Below, piece by piece: positions 17,543 to 27,510 of a stretch of 64,000 bases of DNA (the first letter of the stretch is position 1; each line of letters starts with the position of its first letter). Made by a program: the position numbers and the translations under genes. The notes under the pieces were generated by a model. It had not been told where the DNA came from. It saw nothing but the letters and a program-made list of their open reading frames with translations, and did not search any database. The stretch is from Mangrovicoccus sp. (GTDB lineage Bacteria > Pseudomonadota > Alphaproteobacteria > Rhodobacterales > Rhodobacteraceae): NCBI GenBank assembly GCA_025800345.1, contig JAOXSB010000073.1:21467-85466 (forward strand). The letters are read 5' to 3'.

Positions 17543-17830
17543 ATGTCCATCGACATCGAGACCGCTGCAAAAGTGGCCAAGCTCGCGCGGATCCGCGTGG
17601 AAGACGACGCGCTCCCGGCGCTGGCTGCGGAATTCAACACCATCCTCGGCTTTATCGAGCAATTGAGCGAGGTGGATGTAGACGACGTAGAGCCCATGGT
17701 GAGCGTCACCCCCATGCGCCTGAAACGCCGCGAAGACGCGGTGAGTGACGGCGATATCCAAGACAAGGTTTTGGCCAATGCGCCCGATGCGCGCGAGGGC
17801 TTTTTTGCGGTGCCAAAGGTGGTTGAGTGA
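17543..17830 (+). CDS. gatC: Asp-tRNA(Asn)/Glu-tRNA(Gln) amidotransferase subunit C
   Basis: 95 aa. Sequence and position upstream of gatA, with an ATGA overlap. Confidence 0.9.
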   Translation: MSIDIETAAKVAKLARIRVEDDALPALAAEFNTILGFIEQLSEVDVDDVEPMVSVTPMRLKRREDAVSDGDIQDKVLANAPDAREGFFAVPKVVE

Positions 17831-19320
17831 TGAGCGAGCTGTCTTCCCTAACCCTGGCCGCCGCCCGCGACGGGCTGCGCAAAGGCGAGATCACCGCCAC
17901 CGAGCTGACCGAGGCCTGCCTGAGCGAGATCGAGGGTGCCAGCGCCCTGAACGCTTTTGTGCACAACACCCCCGATCTGGCCCGCGAGCAAGCCGCTGCG
18001 GCGGATGCGCGCCTGAAATCTGGCGATGCGCCGGATCTGTGCGGCATTCCCCTGGGCATCAAAGATCTGTTTTGCACCAAGGGCGTGGCCTCCCAGGCGG
18101 CATCGCGCATCCTTGAGGGCTTCAGCCCGGAATATGAAAGCACCGTGACCTCTAAGCTTTGGGATCAAGGCGCGGTTATGCTGGGCAAGCTGAATATGGA
18201 CGAATTCGCCATGGGCTCGTCCAATGAAACCTCGGTTTATGGCAATGCGATCAACCCTTGGCGCCGGGATGGCGACGGGGCGGATCTGACGCCTGGGGGC
18301 TCTTCGGGGGGCTCGGCTGCGGCTGTGGCCGCTGATCTGTGCCTTGCGGCCACAGGCACCGATACGGGCGGCTCGATCCGCCAGCCTGCGGCCTTTACCG
18401 GCATTGTTGGGCTCAAACCCACCTATGGGCGCTGCTCCCGTTGGGGCATTGTCGCCTTTGCCTCTTCGCTGGACCAAGCAGGCCCCATGACCAAAACCGT
18501 GCAGGATGCGGCGATTTTCCTGAACGCGATTGCCGGTCATGACGCCAAAGACAGCACTTCGGCGGATCTGGCAGTGCCAGATTTCGAAGCCATGCTCACC
18601 GGTGATATTCGCGGCAAGAAAATCGGCATCCCCAAAGAATACCATATGGAAGGCATGCCCGCCGAGATCGAAGCGCTCTGGGCGCAAGGCGCGGATATGC
18701 TGCGCGATGCAGGTGCCGAGATTGTCGAGATCTCCCTGCCCCATACGAAATACGCACTGCCCACCTATTACGTCATCGCGCCGGCAGAGGCCTCGTCGAA
18801 CCTGGCACGCTATGACGGGGTGCGCTATGGCCACCGCGCCAAGCTGGCCCAGGGCGATGGCATCACCGAGATGTATGAAAAAACCCGCGCCGAAGGCTTT
18901 GGCCATGAGGTGCAGCGCCGGGTGATGGTGGGCACTTATGTGCTCTCGGCTGGTTTCTATGACGCCTATTACAATCGCGCCCGCAAGGTGCGCAGCCTGA
19001 TCAAGCGCGATTTTGAGACCGTCTTTTCCGATGGCATTGATGCGATCCTGACCCCAGCCACGCCTTCGGCGGCCTTTGGCCTGGGCGAGATGACTGAGGC
19101 CGATCCGGTGCAGATGTATCTTAATGATGTCTTTACCGTGACCGTGAACCTGGCCGGTTTGCCCGCGATCTCGGTGCCTGCTGGGCGCGATTCCCAGGGC
19201 CTGCCCCTGGGGCTGCAATTGATCGGCAAGCCTTGGGAAGAAGGCGATCTGCTCAACCAAGCGCAGGTTCTGGAACGGGCCGCTGGGTTTGATGCCAAAC
19301 CCGCGCGCTGGTGGGCATGA
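17827..19320 (+). CDS. gatA: Asp-tRNA(Asn)/Glu-tRNA(Gln) amidotransferase subunit A
   Basis: Amidase signature [12 protein letters not shown] and full-length similarity to GatA. Confidence 0.95.
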   Translation: MMSELSSLTLAAARDGLRKGEITATELTEACLSEIEGASALNAFVHNTPDLAREQAAAADARLKSGDAPDLCGIPLGIKDLFCTKGVASQAASRILEGFSPEYESTVTSKLWDQGAVMLGKLNMDEFAMGSSNETSVYGNAINPWRRDGDGADLTPGGSSGGSAAAVAADLCLAATGTDTGGSIRQPAAFTGIVGLKPTYGRCSRWGIVAFASSLDQAGPMTKTVQDAAIFLNAIAGHDAKDSTSADLAVPDFEAMLTGDIRGKKIGIPKEYHMEGMPAEIEALWAQGADMLRDAGAEIVEISLPHTKYALPTYYVIAPAEASSNLARYDGVRYGHRAKLAQGDGITEMYEKTRAEGFGHEVQRRVMVGTYVLSAGFYDAYYNRARKVRSLIKRDFETVFSDGIDAILTPATPSAAFGLGEMTEADPVQMYLNDVFTVTVNLAGLPAISVPAGRDSQGLPLGLQLIGKPWEEGDLLNQAQVLERAAGFDAKPARWWA

Positions 19321-19880
19321 TGATGCGCAGCGCTTTGATTGCTGTGGCAGCCATCGGATTGCTGGCGGCCTGTGATCCCGCAGGACCTGCAGATACCCGG
19401 GTGCAATTGATCCCGATCATGAACCCCGAGGATCGCGGCGGCGCAACGACGCAATCCACTGGTGGCGGCGCGCCATTGGATGCGATGCGCCCCGATGCCT
19501 CGCCCATTGCCAGCTCTGCCCCTGGGGCCGTCACCCCGACCGCGGATGCCTCAACGGAACTGGCCGCAGCCGCCACCGCCGCTGTGACCGAGCCCGCAGA
19601 GAGCCAAGAGACCGCTGTGGTGGCCGCTGATGGGGCCGCGCTGGCAGCCTTTGCCAAATCCAATACCCATGCCCCTGGGGCCGCTGCTTATGGGCGCAGC
19701 TTTAGCTCGCCGGAACGGGCCGAGCGCGCTTGCGCCCGCTATGCCAGCGCTGATCAAGCGCAAACCGCCTTTTTGGCCGCAGGCGGGCCGCAGCAAGATC
19801 CCAAAGGCATGGACCCGGATGGGGATGGCTATGTTTGCGGCTGGGATCCGGCCGCGTTCCGCAGCGCCAGTGCCAGCTAA
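19311..19880 (+). CDS. Lipoprotein with C-terminal Excalibur calcium-binding domain
   Basis: Lipobox LLAAC, Ala-rich linker, C-terminal [10 protein letters not shown] motif. Confidence 0.65.
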   Translation: MGMMMRSALIAVAAIGLLAACDPAGPADTRVQLIPIMNPEDRGGATTQSTGGGAPLDAMRPDASPIASSAPGAVTPTADASTELAAAATAAVTEPAESQETAVVAADGAALAAFAKSNTHAPGAAAYGRSFSSPERAERACARYASADQAQTAFLAAGGPQQDPKGMDPDGDGYVCGWDPAAFRSASAS

Positions 19881-20622
19881 GCCTGCGCCTCCAGAAAATG
19901 CTCAGGGCCGCGCCAATGGCCCTGACACAGCCCTGGCCCAATGGTACCCTTCGCCCAGTTTCGGCCCGCGCCGCGGGGATGGGAAAATCTCTGTCATTGT
20001 GATCCATTACACCGCTATGGACAGCGCCGAGGCCGCCCTAGAGCGGCTATGCGATCCCGCTGTGGAAGTTTCCGCCCATTACCTGATCGGCAGCGATGGC
20101 AGGATCTGGCAGATGGTCCGCGATCAAGAGCGCGCTTGGCATGCGGGCCTGGGGGAATGGGCGGGCGAGGGCGATGTGAATTCCCGCTCCATCGGAATAG
20201 AGCTCGACAATCGCGGCGATCACCCATTTTCTGCCGCGCAAATGGACCGGCTGGAAGCGTTGCTCCGCGATCTCATGGCCCGGCACGATCTTGGCCCGAG
20301 CGCGGTGATCGGCCATTCGGATATGGCGCCCGAGCGCAAATGCGATCCTGGCCGGCGCTTTGATTGGGCGCGGCTGGCACGGCAAGGGCTGGCGCTTTGG
20401 CCCGCCCCCATATCGCCCCCTGAGGCCGCCGCCATTGATCCAGAACTCTTCGCCGCCAATCTGCGCGCCTTTGGCTATCCCAAGGCCCCGCCTGAGATAC
20501 TGCTTGATGCGATGCGCCAGCGCTTTCGTCCCTGGGCCAGCGGGCCGCTTACCCCCAAAGATATGGCCCTTGCCCGCGCCCTTGCGCAGCTGGCCGTTGA
20601 CCCCGACGCCCAGAGCGCCTAA
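19870..20622 (+). CDS. N-acetylmuramoyl-L-alanine amidase (Amidase_2 / AmpD-like)
   Basis: VIHYTA...AHYLI...RAWHAG...SIGIEL...IGHSD motifs. The start is uncertain: GTG 19870 is chosen, overlapping the upstream stop, and the frame is open from 19630. Confidence 0.7.
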   Translation: MPAKPAPPENAQGRANGPDTALAQWYPSPSFGPRRGDGKISVIVIHYTAMDSAEAALERLCDPAVEVSAHYLIGSDGRIWQMVRDQERAWHAGLGEWAGEGDVNSRSIGIELDNRGDHPFSAAQMDRLEALLRDLMARHDLGPSAVIGHSDMAPERKCDPGRRFDWARLARQGLALWPAPISPPEAAAIDPELFAANLRAFGYPKAPPEILLDAMRQRFRPWASGPLTPKDMALARALAQLAVDPDAQSA

Positions 20623-20630
20623 GCCGCCGG

Positions 20631-21002
20631 GCGCGCGGATGGCTGGATGGCCGCGGCCTTTGGGTCGAGGAAAGTCCGGACTCCAAGAAGCATCGGTGCC
20701 GGGTAACGCCCGGCCGGGGAAACCCGAGGGAAAGCGCCACAGAAAACAGACCGCCCCGCTTGCGGGGTAAGGGTGAAACGGTGGGGTAAGAGCCCACCGC
20801 GGGACGGGTAACCGGACCGGCATGGCAAGCCCCACCGGGAGCAATGCCGAATAGGGATCCTGCGCGGGCTTGCCCGCAGGCCGCTTCAGCCCAGGGATCC
20901 GGGTTGGCAGCTAGACCCCGTCAGCAATGGCGGGGCCAGAGGAATGGTCATCCATGGGGCCCTGCCCCAGGACAGAATCCGGCTTACAGGCCATCCGCGC
21001 GC
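20631..21002 (+). ncRNA. rnpB: RNase P RNA, bacterial type A
   Basis: Conserved GAGGAAAGTCCGG, ACAGAAAACA, GGGTAAGGGTGAAA, GGTAAGAGCCCACC and ACAGAATCCGGCTTA blocks. P1 pairing joins 20631-20643 with 20989-21002. Confidence 0.85.
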
Positions 21003-21109
21003 TTGATGTCTTCGCCAAAAGCAATCACCAGCGCGCCATCGCACCGCCCCAAAAATCGGGCGGATCACCTTTATCGCAGCCTGCCCGAGCCTGCGCCGCG
21101 CGAATCTAC

Positions 21110-21137
21110 TTGACAGAGACCGCGCGTTCTCTACAAG
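21110..21137 (+). promoter_or_regulatory. Candidate promoter for rpmG (TTGACA-N16-TACAAG)
   Basis: Perfect -35 hexamer read from the sequence, but the -10 is weak. Confidence 0.3.
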
Positions 21138-21190
21138 GCGGCCTTCATAGATTTCCGGGCGGAGAGCACCGCCTGTGTCAGGAGCACACC

Positions 21191-21358
21191 ATGGCGAAGC
21201 CGACCACGATCAAGATCCGCCTGAACTCGACCGCGGATACCGGGCATTTCTACGTGACCAAGAAAAACGCCCGCACCATGACCGAGAAAATGGTGGTCAA
21301 GAAATACGACCCCGTTGCGCGTAAGCACGTTGAATACAAAGAAGGCAAGATCAAGTAA
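21191..21358 (+). CDS. rpmG: 50S ribosomal protein L33
   Basis: 55 aa [26 protein letters not shown]..., embedded in a longer track ORF. AGGAG RBS. Confidence 0.95.
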   Translation: MAKPTTIKIRLNSTADTGHFYVTKKNARTMTEKMVVKKYDPVARKHVEYKEGKIK

Positions 21359-21384
21359 TCTTGCGCCTTTTTTGGATGGATTAG

Positions 21385-21412
21385 GGCCGTGCTTTGCGCG
21401 GCCTTTTGCCGT
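21385..21412 (+). terminator. Candidate intrinsic terminator after rpmG
   Basis: ggccgtgctttgcgcggcc hairpin (one mismatch) followed by TTTT. Confidence 0.45.
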
Positions 21413-21466
21413 TTAAGCCCCTACGCCGATTACGCCCGCTCAGCGCGCCCGCGGGCCATCATGCGC

Positions 21467-21495
21467 AAAAAAAGGGCGACAGATCCCTGCCGCCC
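21467..21495 (-). terminator. Intrinsic terminator after lpdA
   Basis: On the minus strand: GGGCGGCAG-GGAT-CTGTCGCCC (9-bp stem with one G-U pair) followed by TTTTTTT. Confidence 0.6.
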
Positions 21496-21520
21496 CTTGG
21501 ATTTGTCAGTGTTTCGCCTG

Positions 21521-23263
21521 TTAGGCCTTTTTCTTTTTCGGCGGCATCAGATCGGTGATCGTGCCTTCGAACATCTCGGCAGCGAAATTCACCGTTTCTG
21601 ACAGCGTGGGATGGGGGTGAATCGTATGGCCCAGATCCACCGCATCGGCGCCCATCTCAATGGCCAGCGCCACCTCGGCGATCAGATCCCCCGCATTGGT
21701 TCCCACAATCGCCGCCCCAAGCACGCGATCATCGCTTGGATCAAACAGCAGCTTGGTGATCCCCTCGCTGCGCCCATTGCTGAGCGAGCGCCCAGAGGCC
21801 GCCCAGGGAAAGACGCCTTTTTCGACCTTCACCCCTTTGGCGCGGGCTTCGGTCTCGGTCAGGCCGCACCAGGCAACCTCGGGGTCCGTATAGGCCACTG
21901 AAGGGATCACACGGGCGTCGAAATGGCGATTATGGCCCGCAGCTGCCTCGGCCGCCACTTTGCCCTCATGCACCGCCTTATGGGCCAGCATCGGCTGGCC
22001 GACCACATCGCCAATGGCAAAGATATGCGGCTGGCCTGTGCGCTGCTGGCTGTCCACAGCGATAAAGCCGCGCTCATCCACTGCGACACCGGCCTGTTCC
22101 GCATCAATCAGCTTGCCATTGGGTGTGCGCCCCACCGCCACCAGAACCTTGTCAAAGCTCTCAGTGAAAGCATCGCCTTTCTCATCCTCGAAATGCACTT
22201 TCAGCGCCTTTTTCTGAGGCTCGATGCCGGTGACCTTGGTCTTGAGCCAGATATTTTCATACCGGGCCTCGATGCGTTTATGGAGCGGCTTTACCATATC
22301 CTTATCGGCGCCGGGCATGATCTGATCCATCAGTTCCACAACACTGATCTGAGAGCCCAGAGCATCATAGACACAGGCCATCTCTAGCCCGATGATACCG
22401 CCGCCCAGGATCAGCATCCGCTTGGGAATGTCGGCCAGTTCCAGCGCCCCGGTGCTGTCGATCACCCGCGGGTCATCATGGGGCAGGAAAGGCAGCTCCA
22501 CCGGCTCTGAGCCCGCAGCGATGATGCAAGTGTCAAAGCTGACGGTTTTGCTGCCCTCAGCGGTCTGCACCGCGATCATATTGGGCCCGGTGAAACGCCC
22601 TAGCCCCTCAACCACCTGCACTTTGCGGCCCTTGGCCAGACCCGAAAGCCCGCCTGTGAGCTGGCCGACCACCGTGTCCTTCCAAGACCGCAGAGCATCC
22701 AGATCGATCTTGGGCTTGGCAAAGCGAATGCCGTGATCGCCCATCTCTTCGGTCTCAGTGATCACCTTGGCCGCATGGAGCAGCGCTTTGGAGGGGATAC
22801 AGCCCACATTGAGACACACACCCCCAAGGGTGGGGTTGCGCTCGATCAAGATCACCTTCTTGCCCAGATCCGCCGCCCGGAAAGCCGCCGTATACCCGCC
22901 AGGGCCAGAGCCCAGCACCACGACCTCGCCATGCAGATCCCCTGGCCCTGTGGCGCTGCCGGCAGCCGCCAGGGCCTGAGGCGCGGCAGGCGCCGATGCG
23001 GCAGAGGGGGCCTCGATGGCCGCCTCTGCCGCCCCTGCCATTTCCAAGGTCAAGATCACACTGCCTTCCGAGACCTTATCGCCCTCGCCCACGGCAATTG
23101 CTGTGACCTTGCCCGCCGCAGGGCTGGGCACTTCCATTGTGGCTTTGTCGCTTTCGATCTCGATCAACGGGTCTTCTGCGGCGACAACATCGCCCACAGA
23201 GACCAGCACACTGACCACAGGCACATCGGTGAAATCACCAATATCGGGAACTTTCACGTCCAT
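21521..23263 (-). CDS. lpdA: Dihydrolipoyl dehydrogenase (E3) with N-terminal lipoyl domain
   Basis: Lipoyl domain with SDKATMEV, Ala/Pro linker, then GSGPGGY FAD motif, the redox-active CLNVGCIPSK and an E3 C-terminus. Confidence 0.9.
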   Translation of the reverse strand: MDVKVPDIGDFTDVPVVSVLVSVGDVVAAEDPLIEIESDKATMEVPSPAAGKVTAIAVGEGDKVSEGSVILTLEMAGAAEAAIEAPSAASAPAAPQALAAAGSATGPGDLHGEVVVLGSGPGGYTAAFRAADLGKKVILIERNPTLGGVCLNVGCIPSKALLHAAKVITETEEMGDHGIRFAKPKIDLDALRSWKDTVVGQLTGGLSGLAKGRKVQVVEGLGRFTGPNMIAVQTAEGSKTVSFDTCIIAAGSEPVELPFLPHDDPRVIDSTGALELADIPKRMLILGGGIIGLEMACVYDALGSQISVVELMDQIMPGADKDMVKPLHKRIEARYENIWLKTKVTGIEPQKKALKVHFEDEKGDAFTESFDKVLVAVGRTPNGKLIDAEQAGVAVDERGFIAVDSQQRTGQPHIFAIGDVVGQPMLAHKAVHEGKVAAEAAAGHNRHFDARVIPSVAYTDPEVAWCGLTETEARAKGVKVEKGVFPWAASGRSLSNGRSEGITKLLFDPSDDRVLGAAIVGTNAGDLIAEVALAIEMGADAVDLGHTIHPHPTLSETVNFAAEMFEGTITDLMPPKKKKA

Positions 23264-23275
23264 CGGTGTTTCTCC

Positions 23276-24541
23276 TTACCACATCAATTTGCGCATATCG
23301 CCGAGCAGGGTTTTCAGCGTCACGCAGAACCGCGCTGCCAATGCCCCATCCACGGCCCGGTGATCATAGCTCAGCGACAAAGGCTGCATCAGCCGCGGCT
23401 CAAAGCTCTCTGTCGCCTTGTTCCAGACCGGCGCGATTTTCGACCGGGTCAGGCCCAAGATTGCAACCTCTGGCGCATTCACGATCGGGGTGAAACTGGT
23501 CCCCCCAATCCCGCCCAGCGAGGAAATCGTAAAGCTCGCCCCGGACATATCCCCGCCTTTGAGCTCCCCGGCGCGGGCTTTGGCAGAGAGCGCGCCAAGC
23601 TCTTGCGAGATCTCCACAATGCCTTTGCGGTCCGCATCTTTGATCACCGGCACCACAAGCCCATTGGGCGTGTCCGCGGCAAAGCCGATATTGTAATAGC
23701 GCTTCTTGATCAGCTTATCGCCATCAGGATGCAGCGAGCTGTTGAACTCCCAATGGGTTTTCAGCGCGCTCACCGAGGCTTTGATCACAAAGCTCAGCAG
23801 CGTGACCCGATAGCCTTCTTCTTTGGCCATCGTATCCATCTCTTTGCGATACCCATCAAGATCCGTGATATCGGCCTCGTCATTATGGGTGACATGGGGG
23901 ATGTTGAGCCATGAGCGGTGCAGCGCGGGCCCCGAGATCTTTTTGATCCGAGACATCTCCACATCTTCCACCGGACCGAATTTCGAGAAATCCACCGCCG
24001 GAATGGGCGGGATACCCATACCGCCCTGAGCCGCGCCAGGGCCGCTGGCCGGGGCCTGGGTGGATTTGAAGAACTTGGTCACATCCTCGCGCAGGATGCG
24101 GCCCTTGCGGCCGGTGCCATTCACCTGGGCCAGTTCCACCCCAAGATTGCGGGCAAAGGCACGCACCGACGGCGAGGCATGGGCTTTGCCAAAGCCCGCA
24201 TCGGTCACCGCCCCAGCGCTGGCCACTGGGGCAGGCGCGGGTGCTGGTGCCGCCGGAGCGGGCGCCGCAGCCGGCGCCGGGGCCGGAGCGAGCGCTGCCG
24301 CAGCGCCATCGGCTTCAAGGATCAAGATCAACGCCCCTTCCGAGACTTTATCCCCTTCCGCAAGCTTGATCTCTTTGACCACGCCAGCGGCGGGGCTGGG
24401 CACTTCCAGCGTCGCCTTATCGCTTTCCAGCTCGATCAGCGGATCCTCAACCGCGATGCTATCGCCCACACTGACCAGCACGCTGACCACGGGCACATCG
24501 GAGAAATCACCAATATCGGGTACGGTTACTTCGATCGTCAT
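23276..24541 (-). CDS. aceF: Pyruvate dehydrogenase E2 dihydrolipoamide acetyltransferase
   Basis: Single lipoyl domain, Ala/Pro linker, E3-binding domain, catalytic domain with DHRAVDG. Confidence 0.9.
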   Translation of the reverse strand: MTIEVTVPDIGDFSDVPVVSVLVSVGDSIAVEDPLIELESDKATLEVPSPAAGVVKEIKLAEGDKVSEGALILILEADGAAAALAPAPAPAAAPAPAAPAPAPAPVASAGAVTDAGFGKAHASPSVRAFARNLGVELAQVNGTGRKGRILREDVTKFFKSTQAPASGPGAAQGGMGIPPIPAVDFSKFGPVEDVEMSRIKKISGPALHRSWLNIPHVTHNDEADITDLDGYRKEMDTMAKEEGYRVTLLSFVIKASVSALKTHWEFNSSLHPDGDKLIKKRYYNIGFAADTPNGLVVPVIKDADRKGIVEISQELGALSAKARAGELKGGDMSGASFTISSLGGIGGTSFTPIVNAPEVAILGLTRSKIAPVWNKATESFEPRLMQPLSLSYDHRAVDGALAARFCVTLKTLLGDMRKLMW

Positions 24542-24563
24542 GTCTTGTCTCCTCCTCCCGCGC

Positions 24564-27224
24564 TCACACCAACCGGGGGTTCGGCTTATTGCCGTCGATG
24601 TCGTATTTGCTCAGGGCTTTGGTCAGATCCGCTTTGGTGATGGCTTTCGCCTTCCACAGATCCACCATGGCCGCAGCGGCGATATGATTGGCGTCCACCT
24701 CAAAGAAGCGCCGCAGATTGACCCGGCTGTCCGAACGACCAAACCCATCAGTGCCCAGCACCGAGAAACTGCGCCCTTCAGGGATGAAGCCCCGGATCTG
24801 TTCGGCATAGTTTTTCATGTAATCGGTGGCCGCCACGATGGGTCCGCGCGATTTCGCCAGCTGGTCCGTGACAAAGGCGCTGCGCGGCTCTGCCAAAGGA
24901 TTAAGCCGGTTAAACCGCTCCGCATCCTGGCCATCGCGGGCCAGCTCGTTGAAGGATGTGGCCGACCAGATCTCGGCGCTGACCCCGAAATCTTCCTTGA
25001 GCATTTGCGCCGCTTTCATCGCCTGCACCAAGATCGTGCCAGACCCCATCAGCGTGACATGCTTTTTCGGCGCTTTGGACGGACCGGAGAGCTTGTAAAG
25101 CCCGCGGATAATATCGGCCTCCACCCCCATGGGCATATCGGGATGGGCGTAGTTTTCATTCATCAGCGTGAGATAGAAGAACACATCTTCCTGATCCTCA
25201 TACATGCGCCTCAGCCCATGCTGCACAATCACCGCCACCTCATATTGGAAGGTGGGATCATAGGTGATGCAATTGGGAATGGTCCCCGCCAGGATATGGC
25301 TATGGCCATCCTCATGTTGAAGCCCCTCACCATTGAGCGTGGTGCGCCCAGCGGTGCCCCCCAGCATAAAGCCCCGCGCCCGGCTATCGCCCGCCGCCCA
25401 GGCCAGATCCCCGATCCGCTGGAAGCCGAACATTGAATAATAGATGAAGAACGGGATCATCGGCACCCCATGCACCGAATAGGATGTGGCCGCGGCGATC
25501 CAATCGGCCATAGCCCCGGCCTCGTTGATGCCCTCTTGCAGCACCTGACCGTTCTCTGTCTCCTTGTAGAACATCATCTGATCAGCGTCTTCGGGCGTGT
25601 ATTGCTGCCCTTTGGGATTGTAGATCCCCACCGAGCGGAAGAGCCCTTCCATGCCGAAAGTGCGGCTTTCATCGGGTACGATTGGCACCACTTGCTTGCC
25701 GATTTTCTTGTCCCGCAGCAGGGTTGTTAAGATCCGCACAAAGCCCATGGTGGTGGAAATCTCGCGATCCCCGGTGCCTTTGAGCTGCGCCTCGAATTTA
25801 TCGAGCCCCGGGATCTCGAGCTTAGGAGCATCGCGCCAATGGCGTTTGGGGAACTCCCCGCCCAATGCTTTGCGCCGATCTGACAGATAGGCTTTCTGCG
25901 CGTTGTTGAGTTTGACAAAGGGCGCTTTGGGCAGATCCTCGTCTGATACCGGGATCTGGAACCGGTCACGCATATCGCGCAACTGATCTTCGGCCATTTT
26001 CTTTTGCTGATGGGTGGTGTTTTGCCCCTCACCCGCGCTGCCCATGCCATAGCCTTTGACGGTTTTCACCAGCAGGCAAGTGGGCTGGCCTTTGACCTGG
26101 GTGGCGCGTTTAAAGGCGGTATAGACCTTTTGCACATCATGCCCGCCCCGGCGCAGATCCCAGATTTGCTCATCGCTCCAATCTTCGACCAGCGCCGCGG
26201 TTTCGGGATATTTGCCAAAGAAATTCTCGCGGATATAAGCGCCATCTTTGGATTTAAAGGTCTGATAATCCCCATCAAGGGTTTCATCCATGAGCTGACG
26301 CAACCGCCCAGAGGTGTCTTTTTCCAACAGCTCATCCCAGCCCCGGCCCCAGAGCAGTTTGATCACTTCCCAGCCCGCGCCGCGAAAGCCGCCTTCAAGC
26401 TCTTGCACGATCTTGGAATTGCCCCGCACCGGCCCGTCAAGACGCTGCAAATTGCAATTGATCACAAAGATCAGGTTATCGAGCCCTTCCCGCGCGGCCA
26501 GGCTGATCGCGCCAAGGGATTCCGGCTCGTCCATCTCGCCATCGCCCAGGAAACACCAGACCTTGCGATCGGCCATATCAATGAGCCCGCGATTATGCAG
26601 GTATTTCATGAACCGCGCCTGATAGATGGCGCAAAGGGGCCCCAGCCCCATCGAAACCGTAGGGAATTGCCAATAATCGGGCATCAGCCATGGGTGCGGG
26701 TAAGAGCTCAGCCCACCGCCCGCGACCTCGGAACGGAAATTCTCCAGCTGCTCTTCGCTGATCCGGCCTTCCATAAAGGAGCGCGCGTAAATGCCAGGGA
26801 TCACATGGCCCTGGAAAAACACCAAATCGCCCCCATGCAGCGCCGAGCGTGCCCGCCAGAAATGGTTCAGCCCCACATCATAGAGCGCCGCCGAGGAGGC
26901 AAAGCTGGCAATATGGCCGCCATATTCACTGCTTTCCTTATTGCGGCGCACCACCGTGGCCATGGCGTTCCAGCGATTGATGGTGCGGATACGCCATTCC
27001 ATTTCCAGATCGCCAGGAAACTCGGGCTGATCATCTACGGGAATGGTGTTTTGATAAGGCGTGGTGGCCGAAAAGGGCAGCATCGCCCCCGCAGCGCGGG
27101 CCTGCTGCACCGCTTTGTCCAGCAGAAAATGCGCCCGGTCCGCCCCGTCGCGTTCGATCACATCAGCGACCGCTTCCTGCCATTCCTGGCTTTCCACCGG
27201 ATCAATATCGGATTGGTCTTTCAT
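24564..27224 (-). CDS. aceE: Pyruvate dehydrogenase E1 component, homodimeric type
   Basis: 886 aa, collinear with E. coli-type AceE. GDGEMDEPES ThDP motif. Confidence 0.95.
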   Translation of the reverse strand: MKDQSDIDPVESQEWQEAVADVIERDGADRAHFLLDKAVQQARAAGAMLPFSATTPYQNTIPVDDQPEFPGDLEMEWRIRTINRWNAMATVVRRNKESSEYGGHIASFASSAALYDVGLNHFWRARSALHGGDLVFFQGHVIPGIYARSFMEGRISEEQLENFRSEVAGGGLSSYPHPWLMPDYWQFPTVSMGLGPLCAIYQARFMKYLHNRGLIDMADRKVWCFLGDGEMDEPESLGAISLAAREGLDNLIFVINCNLQRLDGPVRGNSKIVQELEGGFRGAGWEVIKLLWGRGWDELLEKDTSGRLRQLMDETLDGDYQTFKSKDGAYIRENFFGKYPETAALVEDWSDEQIWDLRRGGHDVQKVYTAFKRATQVKGQPTCLLVKTVKGYGMGSAGEGQNTTHQQKKMAEDQLRDMRDRFQIPVSDEDLPKAPFVKLNNAQKAYLSDRRKALGGEFPKRHWRDAPKLEIPGLDKFEAQLKGTGDREISTTMGFVRILTTLLRDKKIGKQVVPIVPDESRTFGMEGLFRSVGIYNPKGQQYTPEDADQMMFYKETENGQVLQEGINEAGAMADWIAAATSYSVHGVPMIPFFIYYSMFGFQRIGDLAWAAGDSRARGFMLGGTAGRTTLNGEGLQHEDGHSHILAGTIPNCITYDPTFQYEVAVIVQHGLRRMYEDQEDVFFYLTLMNENYAHPDMPMGVEADIIRGLYKLSGPSKAPKKHVTLMGSGTILVQAMKAAQMLKEDFGVSAEIWSATSFNELARDGQDAERFNRLNPLAEPRSAFVTDQLAKSRGPIVAATDYMKNYAEQIRGFIPEGRSFSVLGTDGFGRSDSRVNLRRFFEVDANHIAAAAMVDLWKAKAITKADLTKALSKYDIDGNKPNPRLV

Positions 27225-27374
27225 GGCATCTCTTCCCGTCCTTCAGGCATGGGGAAAGATACCGCTCGCGGCGCCTCCCCTTGCATGTGATCCGGCCAGG
27301 CTCAGCGGCCCAAATACCGGAATTCCAGGTTGAGTAGGTCAGAAAATTACGCGCCAGTTATGGTTCTTATTCGG

Positions 27375-27390
27375 ATCTTGCGCGCAAGAT
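27375..27390. promoter_or_regulatory. Perfect 16-bp palindrome ATCTTGCGCGCAAGAT upstream of aceE (candidate operator)
   Basis: Read directly from the sequence. It lies in the AT-rich intergenic region about 150 nt upstream of the aceE start. Confidence 0.3.
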
Positions 27391-27510
27391 TATTTCCATC
27401 CCGCTCAGATTTTATGCTTCACATTCAGTACTTTGCAAGTCTTCACGTCAACACTTATTACCTAACCCAAAACACCGGCTTTGCCTACCTTACGTCACGC
27501 ATAGCTGATC

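Noticed and set aside
17848-19260. 470-aa minus-strand ORF antisense to gatA
   Set aside because: It is a high-GC mirror-frame artefact, and gatA homology on the plus strand is unambiguous.
20047-20844. 265-aa minus-strand ORF overlapping the amidase gene and RNase P RNA
   Set aside because: It runs through a well-defined structured RNA gene and is antisense to a clear Amidase_2 gene, so it is a GC artefact.
22733-27290. Series of 390-460-aa plus-strand ORFs (22733-23914, 24060-25436, 26004-27290) antisense to the PDH genes
   Set aside because: These are mirror ORFs with biased composition, and aceE/aceF/lpdA are clearly the real genes.
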